From Azolla caroliniana (taxonomy: Eukaryota > Plantae > Polypodiophyta), in NCBI GenBank assembly GCA_043228905.1, contig JBHGNT010000017.1, positions 13,516,001-13,580,000 on the forward strand: a stretch of DNA of 64,000 nt, read 5' to 3'. The notes beneath the pieces were generated by a model, which worked only from the letters and a program-made list of their open reading frames with translations, had not been told where the DNA came from and did not search any database. The position numbers were made by a program, and so were the translations under genes. Position 1 is the first letter of the stretch. Each line of letters opens with the position of its first letter. Shown here piece after piece: positions 47,332-59,900 of this stretch.

Positions 47332-50300
47332 TGTTAAGAATTAGGTAATTAAGGATGGGTTAATTAGTACCTAATTATGTGATTAGTTGATAAGCGGAAG
47401 ATTAAGTGATATGTGTGTGTATATGTGTGAGAGGAAGAGAGATAGAGAGAGAGATACACTTATGAAGAACAAAAGATGGGGGATGAGTAACTATATTAAA
47501 TTAGCATTATCATCATCAAATACAAAAATACCCACAATGAGGTATATATACATCTCATGTGCAAGAGTGCACATGTGTGAGTGGATATATAGGTACTAAG
47601 GTGTAAGTCCTATATTAAATGTACTTAGGAGTGGAGGATCTAGAATATCCCACTTAAGTACAAGGTCCTATTTAAGGTGTTATAGTCAACACTCCTAACT
47701 AGATTCTATCTAGGTAACTACGAAGTTACATGGTTGACTAACTAACTAAACTAAGTTGAGCTTGATCTCTCAACACGCCCCCTCAAGCTCAAGTGTGAGG
47801 CGTCTGACATCCGCTTTGGCTTTTGGCGTTGTCCGGCTTTCGATGTCGGCTTCTGTGCGGCTTCCGTCCGGCCTTCAGCTTTCTTTGCTGTGACAATCTC
47901 GGGTCCTCCCCCTCAAGCCGGTGAAGAAGGCTTGTAGTGTGTGGGTGAAGGCCGACTACTTCCACCCATCGTGGATTACGAGTCACTTCGGTGGAGCTCT
48001 TGGGCTCTTGTTCGGCCGCCACCTTCATCGCGAAGGCATAGTGATAGGCCATGTACTGTTGTAGCCGTGCTGAGTGACGGGGTTCTCAGCTCTAGATGAG
48101 CGTCGAAGTTTTTCGCTCGCCGATGTGAGCGCCTTCTTTGCTCTGGGTGTCTGCATGATGGTTACACCGAACTCACTGTCTAGTGAGGGAGCAGACACAT
48201 CCGAATCACTGTCGTCGGGGTGGTCGACTTCGTATTCGAGCATCTTACCTTTGCCTTTGTCCAAGTTCGTACTTGGCTGCGACGTGCTTGGGTTGCGTGG
48301 GGGCTCTTCTAGCCCACTAGGCCTTGCCGTAATCGGACATTCTTCGAACATTTGTTCGAAGTGATGCCCATCTTCTACCTCTTGTTCGGCAGATTCCGGG
48401 TCGAGCGTAGTCAGAGTTGAAGTTGTCTCTAGTGCGTACCAGGATGCGGACTCGTCGAAGACTACGTCTCGACTTACCCGAACCACTCGGGTAGAAGGGT
48501 TGTAGCAATTGTATGCCTTCTTCTCAGACAAGTATCCTATGAGGATACATTCTTTCGACTTCGCGTCGGGCTTCTGTCGTTGTTCGTTTGTGATGCGTAC
48601 ATTCGCAATGCTTCTGAACACCTTGAGGTGCGACAGGATAGGCTTCCTTCTGACCAAGAGCTCATATGGAGTTAGCTCATGCACTCCATTAGTGGTGCAC
48701 CGGTTCATGAGATAGACGGCCGTGGATGCCGCTTCGGCCCAATAGAAGTTTGGCATGTGCTTCTCATGCACCATGGTGTGTGCTACCTCGAATATTTGCC
48801 GATTCTTCCTTTCGGCGACTCCATTTTGTTGGGGTGTGTGTCGGCATGAGAATTCTCTCCGAATGCCTTCACTTTGGAGGTAGGAGGTGAATTCGTCGGA
48901 GAAGTACTCCTTGCCTCCATCTGATCGTAGGCATCAAATGTGCCGAATGGTTTCTTTTTCGACTTGCCCCTTGAGCTTTTGGAAGTGGGAGAACACTTCG
49001 CTCTTCTTCTTCATTGGGTAGATCCATGTGTAGCGCAAGTAGTCGTCGATGAAGGTTACGTAGTATTGGCATCTGCCAATCGTCGGCGTTTGAGCCGATC
49101 CCCATACATTCGAGTGTATGACGTCGAGGAGGCCTTTGCTTGCGGAGCTCTCCTTCGGGAATGGGAGTCGATGTTGTTTGCCGAGTTGACACACTTCGCA
49201 TACTCGGTCGACTTGTTTAGACTCGAATGCCGGAAGTCCGAGGACGACTCCCTTGGTTTGCATCGCTCTAAGCCGTTGGAGGTTTATGTGGCCGATTCTC
49301 TTGTGCCACAACTCGATGCTTGTCTCAGTTTTGAGACCTTTGGCATACATTGCCGATTTCATCTCGTTCGAATCAAGGATGAACATTCGGCCGTCTCTCC
49401 GCCCCTTACCTATGAGTCGGCCATCTTTCTCAATGAAACAACCTTCATTGTTGAAGCGGACTTGCATGCCTTGCTCCACGATTTGGCCGACCGAGACCAA
49501 TTCTTCGTTATTGTGGGCACGTGCAAGACATTCTTGATGCAAGTTTTCTCGCCTTCTTTCCCGAATGGGACATTGCCAATGTGCCGAATGGGGTGCGTGA
49601 TGTCATCTCCCGTCTCTATGAAGCCGAGTCAATCCGGTGTATGCAAGTCATTGAACCACTCCTTGTGGGATGTCATGTGATGTGAGACGTCGGAATCGAC
49701 GAACCACACGTCTTCCGAATTGGAGGTGCTTGCGGAGTTAGAGGCCACCATAGAGTTCGCTCTATGCCTCATTACGAACATTCCGCCACGATCGCCGTAG
49801 TTGGAATTCGTGGCATAATTTGTAAACATTTCACTACGATCGTCGTAGTTGGAATTCGATGCGTGATTCGTGAACATTCCGCTATGATTGTCGTAGTTGG
49901 AGTTCGATGCGTAGTTTGTGAGTTGTCGACTTGTTGAAGCCGACTCACTTCTTTTTTTCCGACACTCCACCTCGTAGTGGCCGATTTTGCCGCACTATTT
50001 GCAAGTTGCGGGCCTCGTTTGTTGAGCATGTTCGGCATGGAAGCTCCCCCTTCTTCTGAAGGTTCCTCGATGGCTTCTGTGAAGGTTTGAATTCCCTTCG
50101 TGTGATGGGCCGAATTGGCCTCTTCTACTGCCGTGACCTCCTCCTCGGCCACCGTCCGAATTCGAGAAGAACATTTGTCCTTCCGACGTCTTGCTTTTGG
50201 TTTGGACGTGGTTCTCTTCGACCAATGGCATTGATTGGAGGTCGAAAAATGAAGGAGGGTTTTTTCTCGCCAAGATTGCCGTCCGTAATGGATCAAATCA

Positions 50301-51385
50301 TTGTGTGAGGCCACCCAAGCATACTTGAACCATCTCGTCTTCGTCGGCATTTATTTTGATGGAGCCAAGTGAGTCGCAAATGCTCTTGATCTTGGCGGTG
50401 TAGTCCGACATGGACATGTCTTTTTGCCGAATGTTGTTCAACTCTTGTCGGAGTTGAAGCTTTCGAGCGGTCGTGTTGGTGGCGAACATTTTCTTTAAGT
50501 TCGCCCACGCTTCTTTAGGTGTCTTGGCGTCTCAAATGTGGCTAAGCATGTGGTTGTGGACACATGTTGCTAAGCAATACATGACTCGACTCACCGCTTG
50601 CTCCCATGTTGCGTAGTCGGCGTTCTTTGAGTCGGGTCGATTTTCTTGAGTACCGTTGATGTAGCTCCAATACCCTTGGCCGACGGGGTATTAGGTCATC
50701 TTGTACTCCCAAGATGAATAATTGCTCCGATCTAGCTTTTCACTAGGGAGCAAGCTACCCATTTGTGTGTTCATGTTGATTGTGTCTTCTCTTCTTTTGC
50801 TTTTCTTCCTTCGATCGCGTACATGTGCTACATAGCGGCACTATGGTGGCCAATAGCTAGATTTTTTCGTCAGCGTCTCGAACACACAATTACGGAGTCG
50901 GGTGGGCTTAGTGGATTTTCTAAACCACACGCTCTAATACCATGTTAAGAATTAGGTAATTAAGGATGGGTTAATTAGTACTTAATTATGTGATTAGTTG
51001 ATAAGCAGAAGATTAAGTGATATGTGTGTGTATATGTGTGAGAGGAAGAGAGATAGAGAGAGAGATACACTTATGAAGAACACAAGCTGGGGGATGAGTA
51101 ACTATATTAAATTAGCATTATCATCATCAAATACAAAAATACCCACAATGAGGTATATATACATCTCATGTGCAAGAGTGCACATGTGTGAGTGGAATAT
51201 AGGTACTAAGGTGTAAGTCCTATATTAAATGTACTTAGGAGTGGAGGATCTAGAATATCCCACTTAAGTACAAGGTCCTATTTAAGGCATTATAGTCAAC
51301 ACTTCTAACTAGATTCTATCTAGGTAACTACGTAGTTACATGGTTGACTAACTAACTAAACTAAGTTGAGCTTGATCTCTCAACA
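47332..51385 (-). mobile_element. Ty1/copia element E (gag-PR-IN retained, RT/RH deleted)
   Basis: LTRs 47332-47775 and 50943-51385, PBS 50931-50942, PPT 47776-47787, TSD TTTAC/TTTAT. WFVDS (PR), LWHKRIGH/CEVC and FIDDY (IN). Coding stops at RNPRWVEV. Confidence 0.95.
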
Positions 51386-52364
51386 TTTATATTATTTACA
51401 TCTCCACCTTTATGGAAAGGTTTGATCCAATTTGTAGTCCAATCGTACCACATACCATGTTGCAATGCATCATTAAACATATCGCTTATCCATACATGTG
51501 CTTCTTTTCCTGTCCATTTTAGCATTTCAACCTTTATACATTGAAGATCACTTGCCTTTCGAGAGGCCAATTTCTTAATTCCTATGCATATATCTTCAAT
51601 TGTAAAGAAGGGAGACATATGTGAAAGAGAACCATAACACATCATCTTTCCGGCAAGAGATAACTCATATAAATTCTTACAATGCATAGACAAGTCGTGA
51701 ATAGTTAAGTCACCATAACTCTCAACACGTTTCCCCTTTAGATTTCCCCAAAATTTAGCACATGCATGTGCTTTCTCTTGCGTTTCGATAAATTGTTGAG
51801 TAACTTCCCATATTCTTCTCTTTCTTTTAATAAGCCTTTTATACACATGCAAATGCTTTTGGTAATTCTCTTTATCCTTAACTACATCCAAAACCATAAG
51901 GCACTTTCGAGCTTCACGACATTCTTTATCAAACCAGTTTTTCCTAAGTTTCTTGGTGCATTTCCAAGATGTGCAGTTGGTCGAAAAACATTTGTTTGTA
52001 CATGAGAGAATGACTTTCTTGAAAGCTTCCCATTTTCATTCTAGTGTGGCACTATGTTGTGTCTTGGTCATTTGTAACATATCCTCAACCATCTTGGAAT
52101 ACATGGGCACTTGCTTAAGGTTCATGCTCAAGTGCGGTTGTTTATTATCTTCAATAGCCTTCTCACAATCAAACCTATGCATACATTTGAGATCAATACA
52201 TAAACTTGGCCTACGATTGGATTCCGGTGTCCATTCACCAAGTGAGAATTTATGTATACAATCCAAAATACCTTCGGAAAGTAGCACATAGACAATCACA
52301 CTATTTCCGTTATGTTTTCTACATGTAAGAGAGAGAGAGAGATAGATAGATAGATAGATAGATA

Positions 52365-54272
52365 GATTATATTATCGTCTTCGGAGGTCAAATATGACCT
52401 ATGAGACCAAAAATATTACATTTCACGTGATATGTGTGAAAGTGAGTAGTGACTCTCGATGTTCAAGAACTTTACCAATGAATGTTGCAATCGAGAGTGC
52501 ACATTGTGGTTGTGAGAGGAATTCATGCAAAGATTGGGCTCGATCGAAGAGATGTGTAAAGCATGGTCGAATATGATCAAAGGCAGAGCATTGTATCAAA
52601 GTGTGATACTCAGACTCGCGAACTTGTTTAGGGCAAAGTGCGCATAACCGACCACTCTCATCACTTGTACCCCAACGCCCTGTTTCACATCGCAATGCAT
52701 GTGAGCTAAGTCGCATGGAAGCAATGGTTCGAATGGAAGATAACGGTATGGGCTCTAACATGTATGGATGTGTACGATTTCCCCGTTCCGCGAAGAATAT
52801 GGTTTTGTAGTTAGGTGCGACATGTGTAGTATAATGTGTGAAGCGTGAGCCTCCACATTTGTCCCATGTCATGATACATTGGCGTTGCAAAAATGCCTCA
52901 TTTACAGAGGAATCTAATGATGCATCATGAAGCAAGTGTCTCGCATCCCATCTACCAAACCATTTTTCTATATCTTGCATCCAACCGGAACACAAAATTT
53001 TGCTTTTATGCGTCTTTTGGATCTTTTTGCTTGCTTCCCACGCAATTCTAGGAAGTCGATGTGAGGGACTTTTTTGAACCTTAAGCATGTATTCAACAAC
53101 CCTTTCCATGGCCATGATCTCAATGGGAAGCGATCCCGTCTCAAGGAGGAGGAGGGGGTAGGGCGTTTGTTTCTTAACTTGTAGAAACTTGGTAAGAAAA
53201 TGCTTTTGGACATTTTCAAACTCTTTCCACATAGATTTAGGGATGCTACCGCCCCATACTTCCACCCCATAGAGAAGAACCGGTGTCACCAAAGTGTCGA
53301 AAAGATATTTCTTGAGGACCCAACACTTAATATCTCCAAGATTGCATGTGTTCTCAAATGCATAGTATGCTCGCTTGCCCGCCTCTAAGCGGCGTGTAGC
53401 ACATTCCTTCCATCTATGATTTGAAGGAACTTCAAGGCCAAGATATTTGAAGCTTTCCACACATTCAAGTGGCTCATTGTTGTACATAATGCATGGTTTA
53501 TCTCTTTTTTGGCTCTTCATAAGCATAATCTTTGTTTTAGAGCTATTGACACTTAATTTAGTATGCATGCAAAATTTTTCCAATGCCTTCATAAGCTTTT
53601 GTGCATCTCCTAAAGTATTTGCAAAAAGCACTACATCATCTGCATATAGCAAAAGCATAATCACAACATTCCCAATGACAATTTCTTCAACACATTCTTC
53701 CTTTACAAACTTGGTAACCATTTCTTCCAATTCATCAATGCATAGACCAAATAGTGTTGGTGAGAGTGGGCATCCTTGCTTAACACCAATAGTGCTTTTG
53801 AAAAAATCTGAAAGTTTATCTCTCATGCGCACACAACATATAACCTTCTCATAAATTCGGGAAATTGCAAGCATATATTCACTTGGCACCTCAAGTTCTT
53901 CCATTCGCCTCCAAAGATGCTCACGAGGTACCATATCAAAAGCTTTCTTGAAGTCTACAAAGAAACAATATAAACCTTTACCTCTAAGGCGACTTTCCTC
54001 CGTTAATACTCGAAGGGTGATAAGGTGATCAATGGTGCTATGGTGTTTCCGAAAGCCAGCTTGTCCATAAGCTCTCTTACCACTTTTTTCAGCCCATACA
54101 CTTATCTTTGATTCCATTATACATCCAAATAGTTTTGCCATTAATGAGCCAACCATGATGGTTCGATAGTTGTTTACATTATTTATATCTCCACCTTTAT
54201 GTAAAGGTTTGATCCAATTTGTAGTCCAATCGTACGGCATACCATGTTGCAATGCATCATTAAACATATCGC
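52365..54272 (-). mobile_element. RTEX-like LINE, 5'-truncated, with uninterrupted RT-CCHC reading frame
   Basis: ORF 52423-54270: NNYRTI, QAGFRK, FVDFKKAFD, GVKQGCPLSP, LLYADD, FKYLG, SSHALRCETGRW..CALC..ESEYH..C. Flanked by (GA)n/(GATA)n. Confidence 0.93.
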
Positions 54273-54393
54273 AGAGAGAGAGAGAGAGAGGAGAAGACAC
54301 AAAAGATAGGTAGAAGACAAAAGACTCAAATGTATATTAATCAAAGAATAAGAAAACAAACTAACAATCAACCAAATACAAAGGAAGGGGGGA

Positions 54394-54706
54394 GGTGTTT
54401 TATATAAGTGAAAAGTACCAAGATACCCTTGGAAGTTCCAAATTTACTAAACTACCCCTATGTCCAAAAAAGTACACTTTATAAAGTAATTATACACTCA
54501 AATCTACAAGCCCTATTTACCAAAGATAGAAGAAATGGACCCGAACTAGCCCTATTTACCAAAGATTTGAGTGTATAATTACTTTATAAAGTGTAATTTT
54601 TTGGATATAGGGGTAGTTTGGTAAATTTGTCACTTCCAGGGGCATTCTGGTAAATAGATGAACTTCTAGGGGTATCTTGGTACTTTTCCCTTTATATAAA
54701 GGCACC
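54394..54706. mobile_element. Foldback/MITE-like element with ~110-150 bp imperfect inverted arms
   Basis: TATATAAGTGAAAAGTACCAAGATACCC...ACACTTTATAAAGTAATTATACACTCAAATCT is mirrored at 54563-54700; no coding capacity. Confidence 0.8.
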
Positions 54707-54759
54707 CTCTCTCTACATTATCTCACTAGAACTATCTCTCTCTCTAGAGACTCATTAGT

Positions 54760-56907
54760 TATGTGTCATGGGGAATATAGAAACTCATTAGTTATGTGTC
54801 ATAGAAAGTAGTGGTGACCTTTGAATGTTCATACATTCTCAAAAGGTGTGTTCACACACTAGACTTAGGTTGAGTTTGATTCTCAACACGCCCCTTCAAG
54901 CTCAACTATGTCATGACTGAGTTAGCTGTTAGGTCGGCTATCACTCCCCCTCAAGCTTTACAAGTCGTAGGTCGAAAGGCCAAGCTCAATCGAAAATTGT
55001 CGAAGCTTGTTGGTCCCCAAAACTTTCGTGAAGATGTCAATTGTTTGAGGATTGGTATTGATATGTTGAAGGTCGACATCCCCTACAATGACACATTCCC
55101 GTATGAAGTGGTAGTGCACCTCGATGTGCTTTGTCTGAGCATGAAATACTGGGTTCTAAGCCAAGTGGATGTTAAGATTGTCACAATAGATTAGAATTGG
55201 GTCGTTGATGGAGATGCTAAGGTCTTTCAGGATTTGCTTAAGCCATATGGCTTCACATATAGCCACAACTGTGCCTTTGTATTCTACCTTTGTGCTCGAA
55301 AGTGCAATGGTCAACTGCTTTTTATTTCTCCACGATATTGCTCTGTTGCCGAGGGAGAAAACAAATCCGGAGGTCGATCGTCTATCCGCCTTATAGCCGG
55401 CCCAGTCGGCATGTGTGTACCCTTCGAGTCGAATAGGAGTAACTGTTTTGTAGAGAATGTTGTAATCCATCATACTACTTACATACCTTAACATTCGCTT
55501 AGCACAATCGAAATTAATGTCGCGAGGTGTTTGCATGAATTGGCTAAGGAGGTCGACCAGATAATTGAGGTTGGGCCGGGTAATGGTAAGGTAGATCAGA
55601 CTTCCGACCAGTTGTCGATAATGAGTCAGGTCACACTCTTTTGTGACAAAGGTTGCAACTATCTTTAGGTTCCGGTTGAGAGGGGTTGTTGTTTATGGGT
55701 GGGGGGTGGAGCCAAGTTTGGGTCCACCCCCCTCCCAAGGGATTTTGAATGTGAGAGAGGAGAGAGGGAGATATGCACAGAGAGATAGAGAGAGAAAGAA
55801 TTGAGACAAACACGGTTTGAGGGTAACTTCAATATATTTTTCCTCTTTTTTCATACCCCATGGGTGGGGTTTAAATAGAATAAGATCTAATCATTACAAA
55901 ATCCGAATGGACGTACACCTACTTACCCCACCTAACACTCACACATTCACATTTCATATTACACCTTACACACCACCTTCCACATTACACCTAACCCTCC
56001 CATACACCTATATGGGTAATAGTTGCCACATATTTTCACTCAATCATTTAGAACTTATACTGTAGGTTCAAAATGTAGTGTCGTTGGGAGATCACGATAC
56101 CGTTCGGAGTTCAAATTACTTCTATACCAAAGAAGTAATGGAGCCCCTTCATATATTTCATTTTTAATTTTCCAGATAGAAGCATCTTGATCTTATTGAT
56201 GTCTGCTATGTGTTCTCCACCAATCACCAAGCCATCCATGTAGAAGATGATGAAGATCAAGCTTCCGGAATTTCTCCTCACATAGAGAGAGTTGTCAAAT
56301 TTAGACATTTGAAAGCCAATTTGGTGAAGGTATTGTGTTATCTTCGAGTGCCATGCTGCTTAAGGCCGTTCTTTACATCCATTTGATGGAGGTGCCACCC
56401 TTTCACTACTCAAGCACTATCACAATCTGCATAGTTGTCATCTTTGCCACCGGTGCAAATGTCTCTTCATAATTGACTCCATGTGTGTATGTAACCTTTT
56501 GCTCCGAGACGAGCTTTGTGACGGTTGACGGAGCTGTCAACATTATACTTCACCTTGTATATCCATCTGCAACCGATTGCTGAGGTGAGTGGGGGACAAG
56601 ATCCCATGTCTCATTCTTACTGAGAGCTTGCATCTCCTCATTCATCTCTTTGACCCATCACGGATCTTTAGTGGCTTCGGCCAAGGTTTCCGATCCATGA
56701 ACAACTGCCACCTTCATCATAAAGGCATAGTAGTATGCAATGTAGTCATTGTAGGTGAATCATCTAACTAGATTCTTCTCACGGGTAGAGTGTCGGAGTT
56801 TTTCATTTGCTATGGCAAGGAATTTCTTTACACCAAGTGTCCTTGTGATAGGCACATCAAAGCCATTGAGCTCACTGTCAAGTGAGTGAGCTGATTCGTT
56901 GTTGTCA
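54760..56907 (-). mobile_element. Decayed copia element F (RT/RH + LTR remnant; family of E)
   Basis: CAACA+CGCCCC PPT junction near 54887; ADWAG..RRSTSGF, ALSSTKVEY, YRQLVGSLIYL, WHLHQMDVK. Confidence 0.85.
55642..56096. mobile_element. Probable solo LTR inserted in copia F
   Basis: Non-coding ~450 bp interrupting the RT; TGTGA...TCAC(G) ends and a TATA-like TATTTAAA on the minus strand. No clean TSD. Confidence 0.45.
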
Positions 56908-59900
56908 GTAGCAATGGGCCCGGTTCGGTTTTTTGGCCTTGAAACCAAACCAAACCAAACCAAATCACTTATTAAGAAAAAAAACCCAACCAAACCGTTT
57001 GAACATTTTGAAGCCATTTAAACCAAACCATTTAAGAAGTATGAGAAACCAAACCATTTAAGCCAAACCGTTTAGGAACAATTTAGAACCAAACCAAAGC
57101 ATTTATGAAAAAATCAGAACCAAACAAAACCATTTACGAAAAAACCAAAACTAAATCAAACCAAACCACTTTAAAAAAATGTAACAAAAGACATTGCAAC
57201 ATCTAAACTAGAACCAGAGATTCGTTAGACATAATAAACATAAGTAGAGGTTAGATAAACATAAAAACAAAACCAAAGACAAATAATAATAAACAAAACG
57301 AATTAGAGAAAGAAAAACAGAAATTTAGACATTTTAAATGTTTTTTGAAGAAGAATACCATAATAATCAGAAATTTTTTGATATTAAAGTTTTGTGGAGA
57401 ATGTATAGATAATACACAAAAAACTAAAAGTTTTTTGGAATGAAATCCTAGAGCTTATGACCAACAATCGATCATATACAGTTCACGTCAACATTTAAAT
57501 TTGTATCCACCATTTACAACAAAGTCAAAAATATAAGAAAAATGTGAAAAACCTCTACATAAACTAATGCTCCTCTTTTAGTTTCCAATGTTTACTTTCA
57601 GCTTGAATTACGGATTCCTGGAAGTATAAAATATGTAAAAGAAGTAATTAGTAATAAAATAATAATAACAAATTCATAAAAGTAATAACAAATTACAATG
57701 TCTTCGAGGATCTCCAATTGCAACTTGCATTTCATGGACTTGTGAAAAAGTATCATGATTCCTATACCATGTACATATAAAAAACATCAAATAAGTAAAA
57801 AACTAGTAATGAAAAATAAACTTAAAGAATGAATTAAAAGGTATGCACACCTGATCTCCCATGATTATCACGTAACATGTAATCTATTACCTCGTCTTCA
57901 CCAACAAGATCATCTAGATTAAATTTTAGTTCTTCATAAGCCATGTGAAAGTTATCTGTTATTTGAACATCCGATTCTTGCAAAACTTGCATCTATGATC
58001 GAATACACATTTCGGCCTTGAATGTGCATGAATGTAGTTTGATCCTATCATCAAAGGTCATTTTTGCTGCTGAATTTGCCTCTTCAGCAAGTACTGATGA
58101 TGCTAGTATAGCAAGGTAATCACATGCCATCCTATACAGTTGTGGCATTGCAGATTTATTATCATGCCACCATTGTAAAGGATCCTTGTCTGTGCTAGCT
58201 AAAGGAAGTCTTATGAACTGCTCAATTTCTAATCGTGAATCAGAAACAAGACTTTTATTGTGTACACCCATTAACCTCCAAATTTTAGAGTTATTATCAA
58301 TAGGTTGTATTGTGGTTGAAGGTGGCTCAACACCACTCGAGAATGAGTGGTAATGGGACTCAATCATGCCTTCAACCAACTTAATATCCAACTCTCTTTC
58401 GATATGGTCATTTGGAATAGGCAATCTATAAAGGAAAAATATTATTAAACTCAAATAAAATATCAAAAATCATGAAGACAATTGTAAAACTTAAAGGAGA
58501 GTATTACCTGAGATCAAGAAACATTGCAATGCGCGATGGAATAGACTTTAACGATTCTTGATACTTAATTAAATATTGTAAGCAGTTCTCAGACGCTTTT
58601 TGAAGCACCTCTTGTGTGAATCTAGATGATCTCGGAAGTGAAGAATCTAAAAACTGATTACAATGATTAAGTAAACAATTATAAGCTAGTGATGCTAATG
58701 ATAATGTAGGATATCTTGATCCTCCTAGAAAGGTAGAAACCTCTGCAGGTGTTTCTAACCATTCCTCCATAGCATGTATGTGACTCCAATCTTCTACGGT
58801 CAAGACATAACCATTGAAATCACTTGAAATTGTTAGATCTGAAATTGTAAATTTCAATATATCTCTATCCTTGATAGCTTGCCTAAACATCTCCAAAGTA
58901 GAATTCCATCTTGTAACAACATCAAGCCTTGGAGGTTCCTTTTCACGATGTTCAACCATCATAGCATACTTCCTATGAACCTCCCTTTGAACCTTGCTAG
59001 ATCTAATAGTTTGGAGCACTGTTCTCAACTTTTCCGTTGAGGGTGAGATAATCTGTAATGTTGACTTTACGCCCAATTGAAAAGTGTGCACATACACCTT
59101 AACATGTGTGAGGGAGCTAAAATTTCCTTACCATGTTCATTTTGTAACAACATGCTCAATTCCTTTGCAGCCATTTGTGAATCACTAGCTCCATCAAAAT
59201 TTGTAGCTAATAATCGACTTGAAATATTAAAAGATCCAAGTCGACAAAAGAGGGCATGTGCACAATGTTTCCCTGATACAACACCTGGAAATACATGCAC
59301 AAAATCCAATAGCATGGACCTTGATCTTGCTGCCTCGTGACATGCCCAATGAAGTGTCACTGAGTAGAAGCCCTTTAGACTACTATTTGACCAACCATCA
59401 AAAGTAATAGAAAATCTTGATTGACTTTTTGATAACAAATCTATCACTTGATGGCGCAACACCACATACATTTCTAAGATGGAACGTTTAATCGTGCGCC
59501 TTGTCTTCATCTGATATCCAAGTACAAGATGGTGTACGAACTCTTTAAATGCATCTGATTCCACATGTGCATGGGGCAAAGTTCCCTTGATAATATACTT
59601 CGTGATGAAACAATCAATTTTCTTCTCTAAAACACGAGATACTTTAGTAGACTCTATAGAAGATTGAATAATCTTCGAAATACCTGAATTTTGATTTGGT
59701 TCCTCTAATAGATGATGTTTTTCCGTTAAATGTTTAGCTATAGTACCTGTGGATGTTGTTGAAGACCAACAAACATGACAATGATGGTATCGTCGTCGAG
59801 GTGTGCCATTATCCATATAAGATATGATGTGAGCATCTGTCCATGATGTACGCTGCCTTTTTCTTGACATGCTTGTTTGCCCATGGTTAACATTAATTGA

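Larger units (their letters stand above)
42682..52326 (-). mobile_element. RTEX-like LINE (APE end + RT + CCHC), split by a gypsy and a copia insertion
   Basis: Segments 42682-43642, 46481-47331 and 51386-52326 are collinear with the uninterrupted copy at 52365-54272; GVKQGCPLSPTLFG. Confidence 0.92.

Noticed and set aside
48940-49680. 246-aa plus-strand ORF
   Set aside because: Antisense shadow of copia E protease/integrase with no recognisable motifs.
56920-57170. AAACC arrays as interstitial telomere or satellite
   Set aside because: Match typical hAT subterminal repeats beside a hAT transposase.
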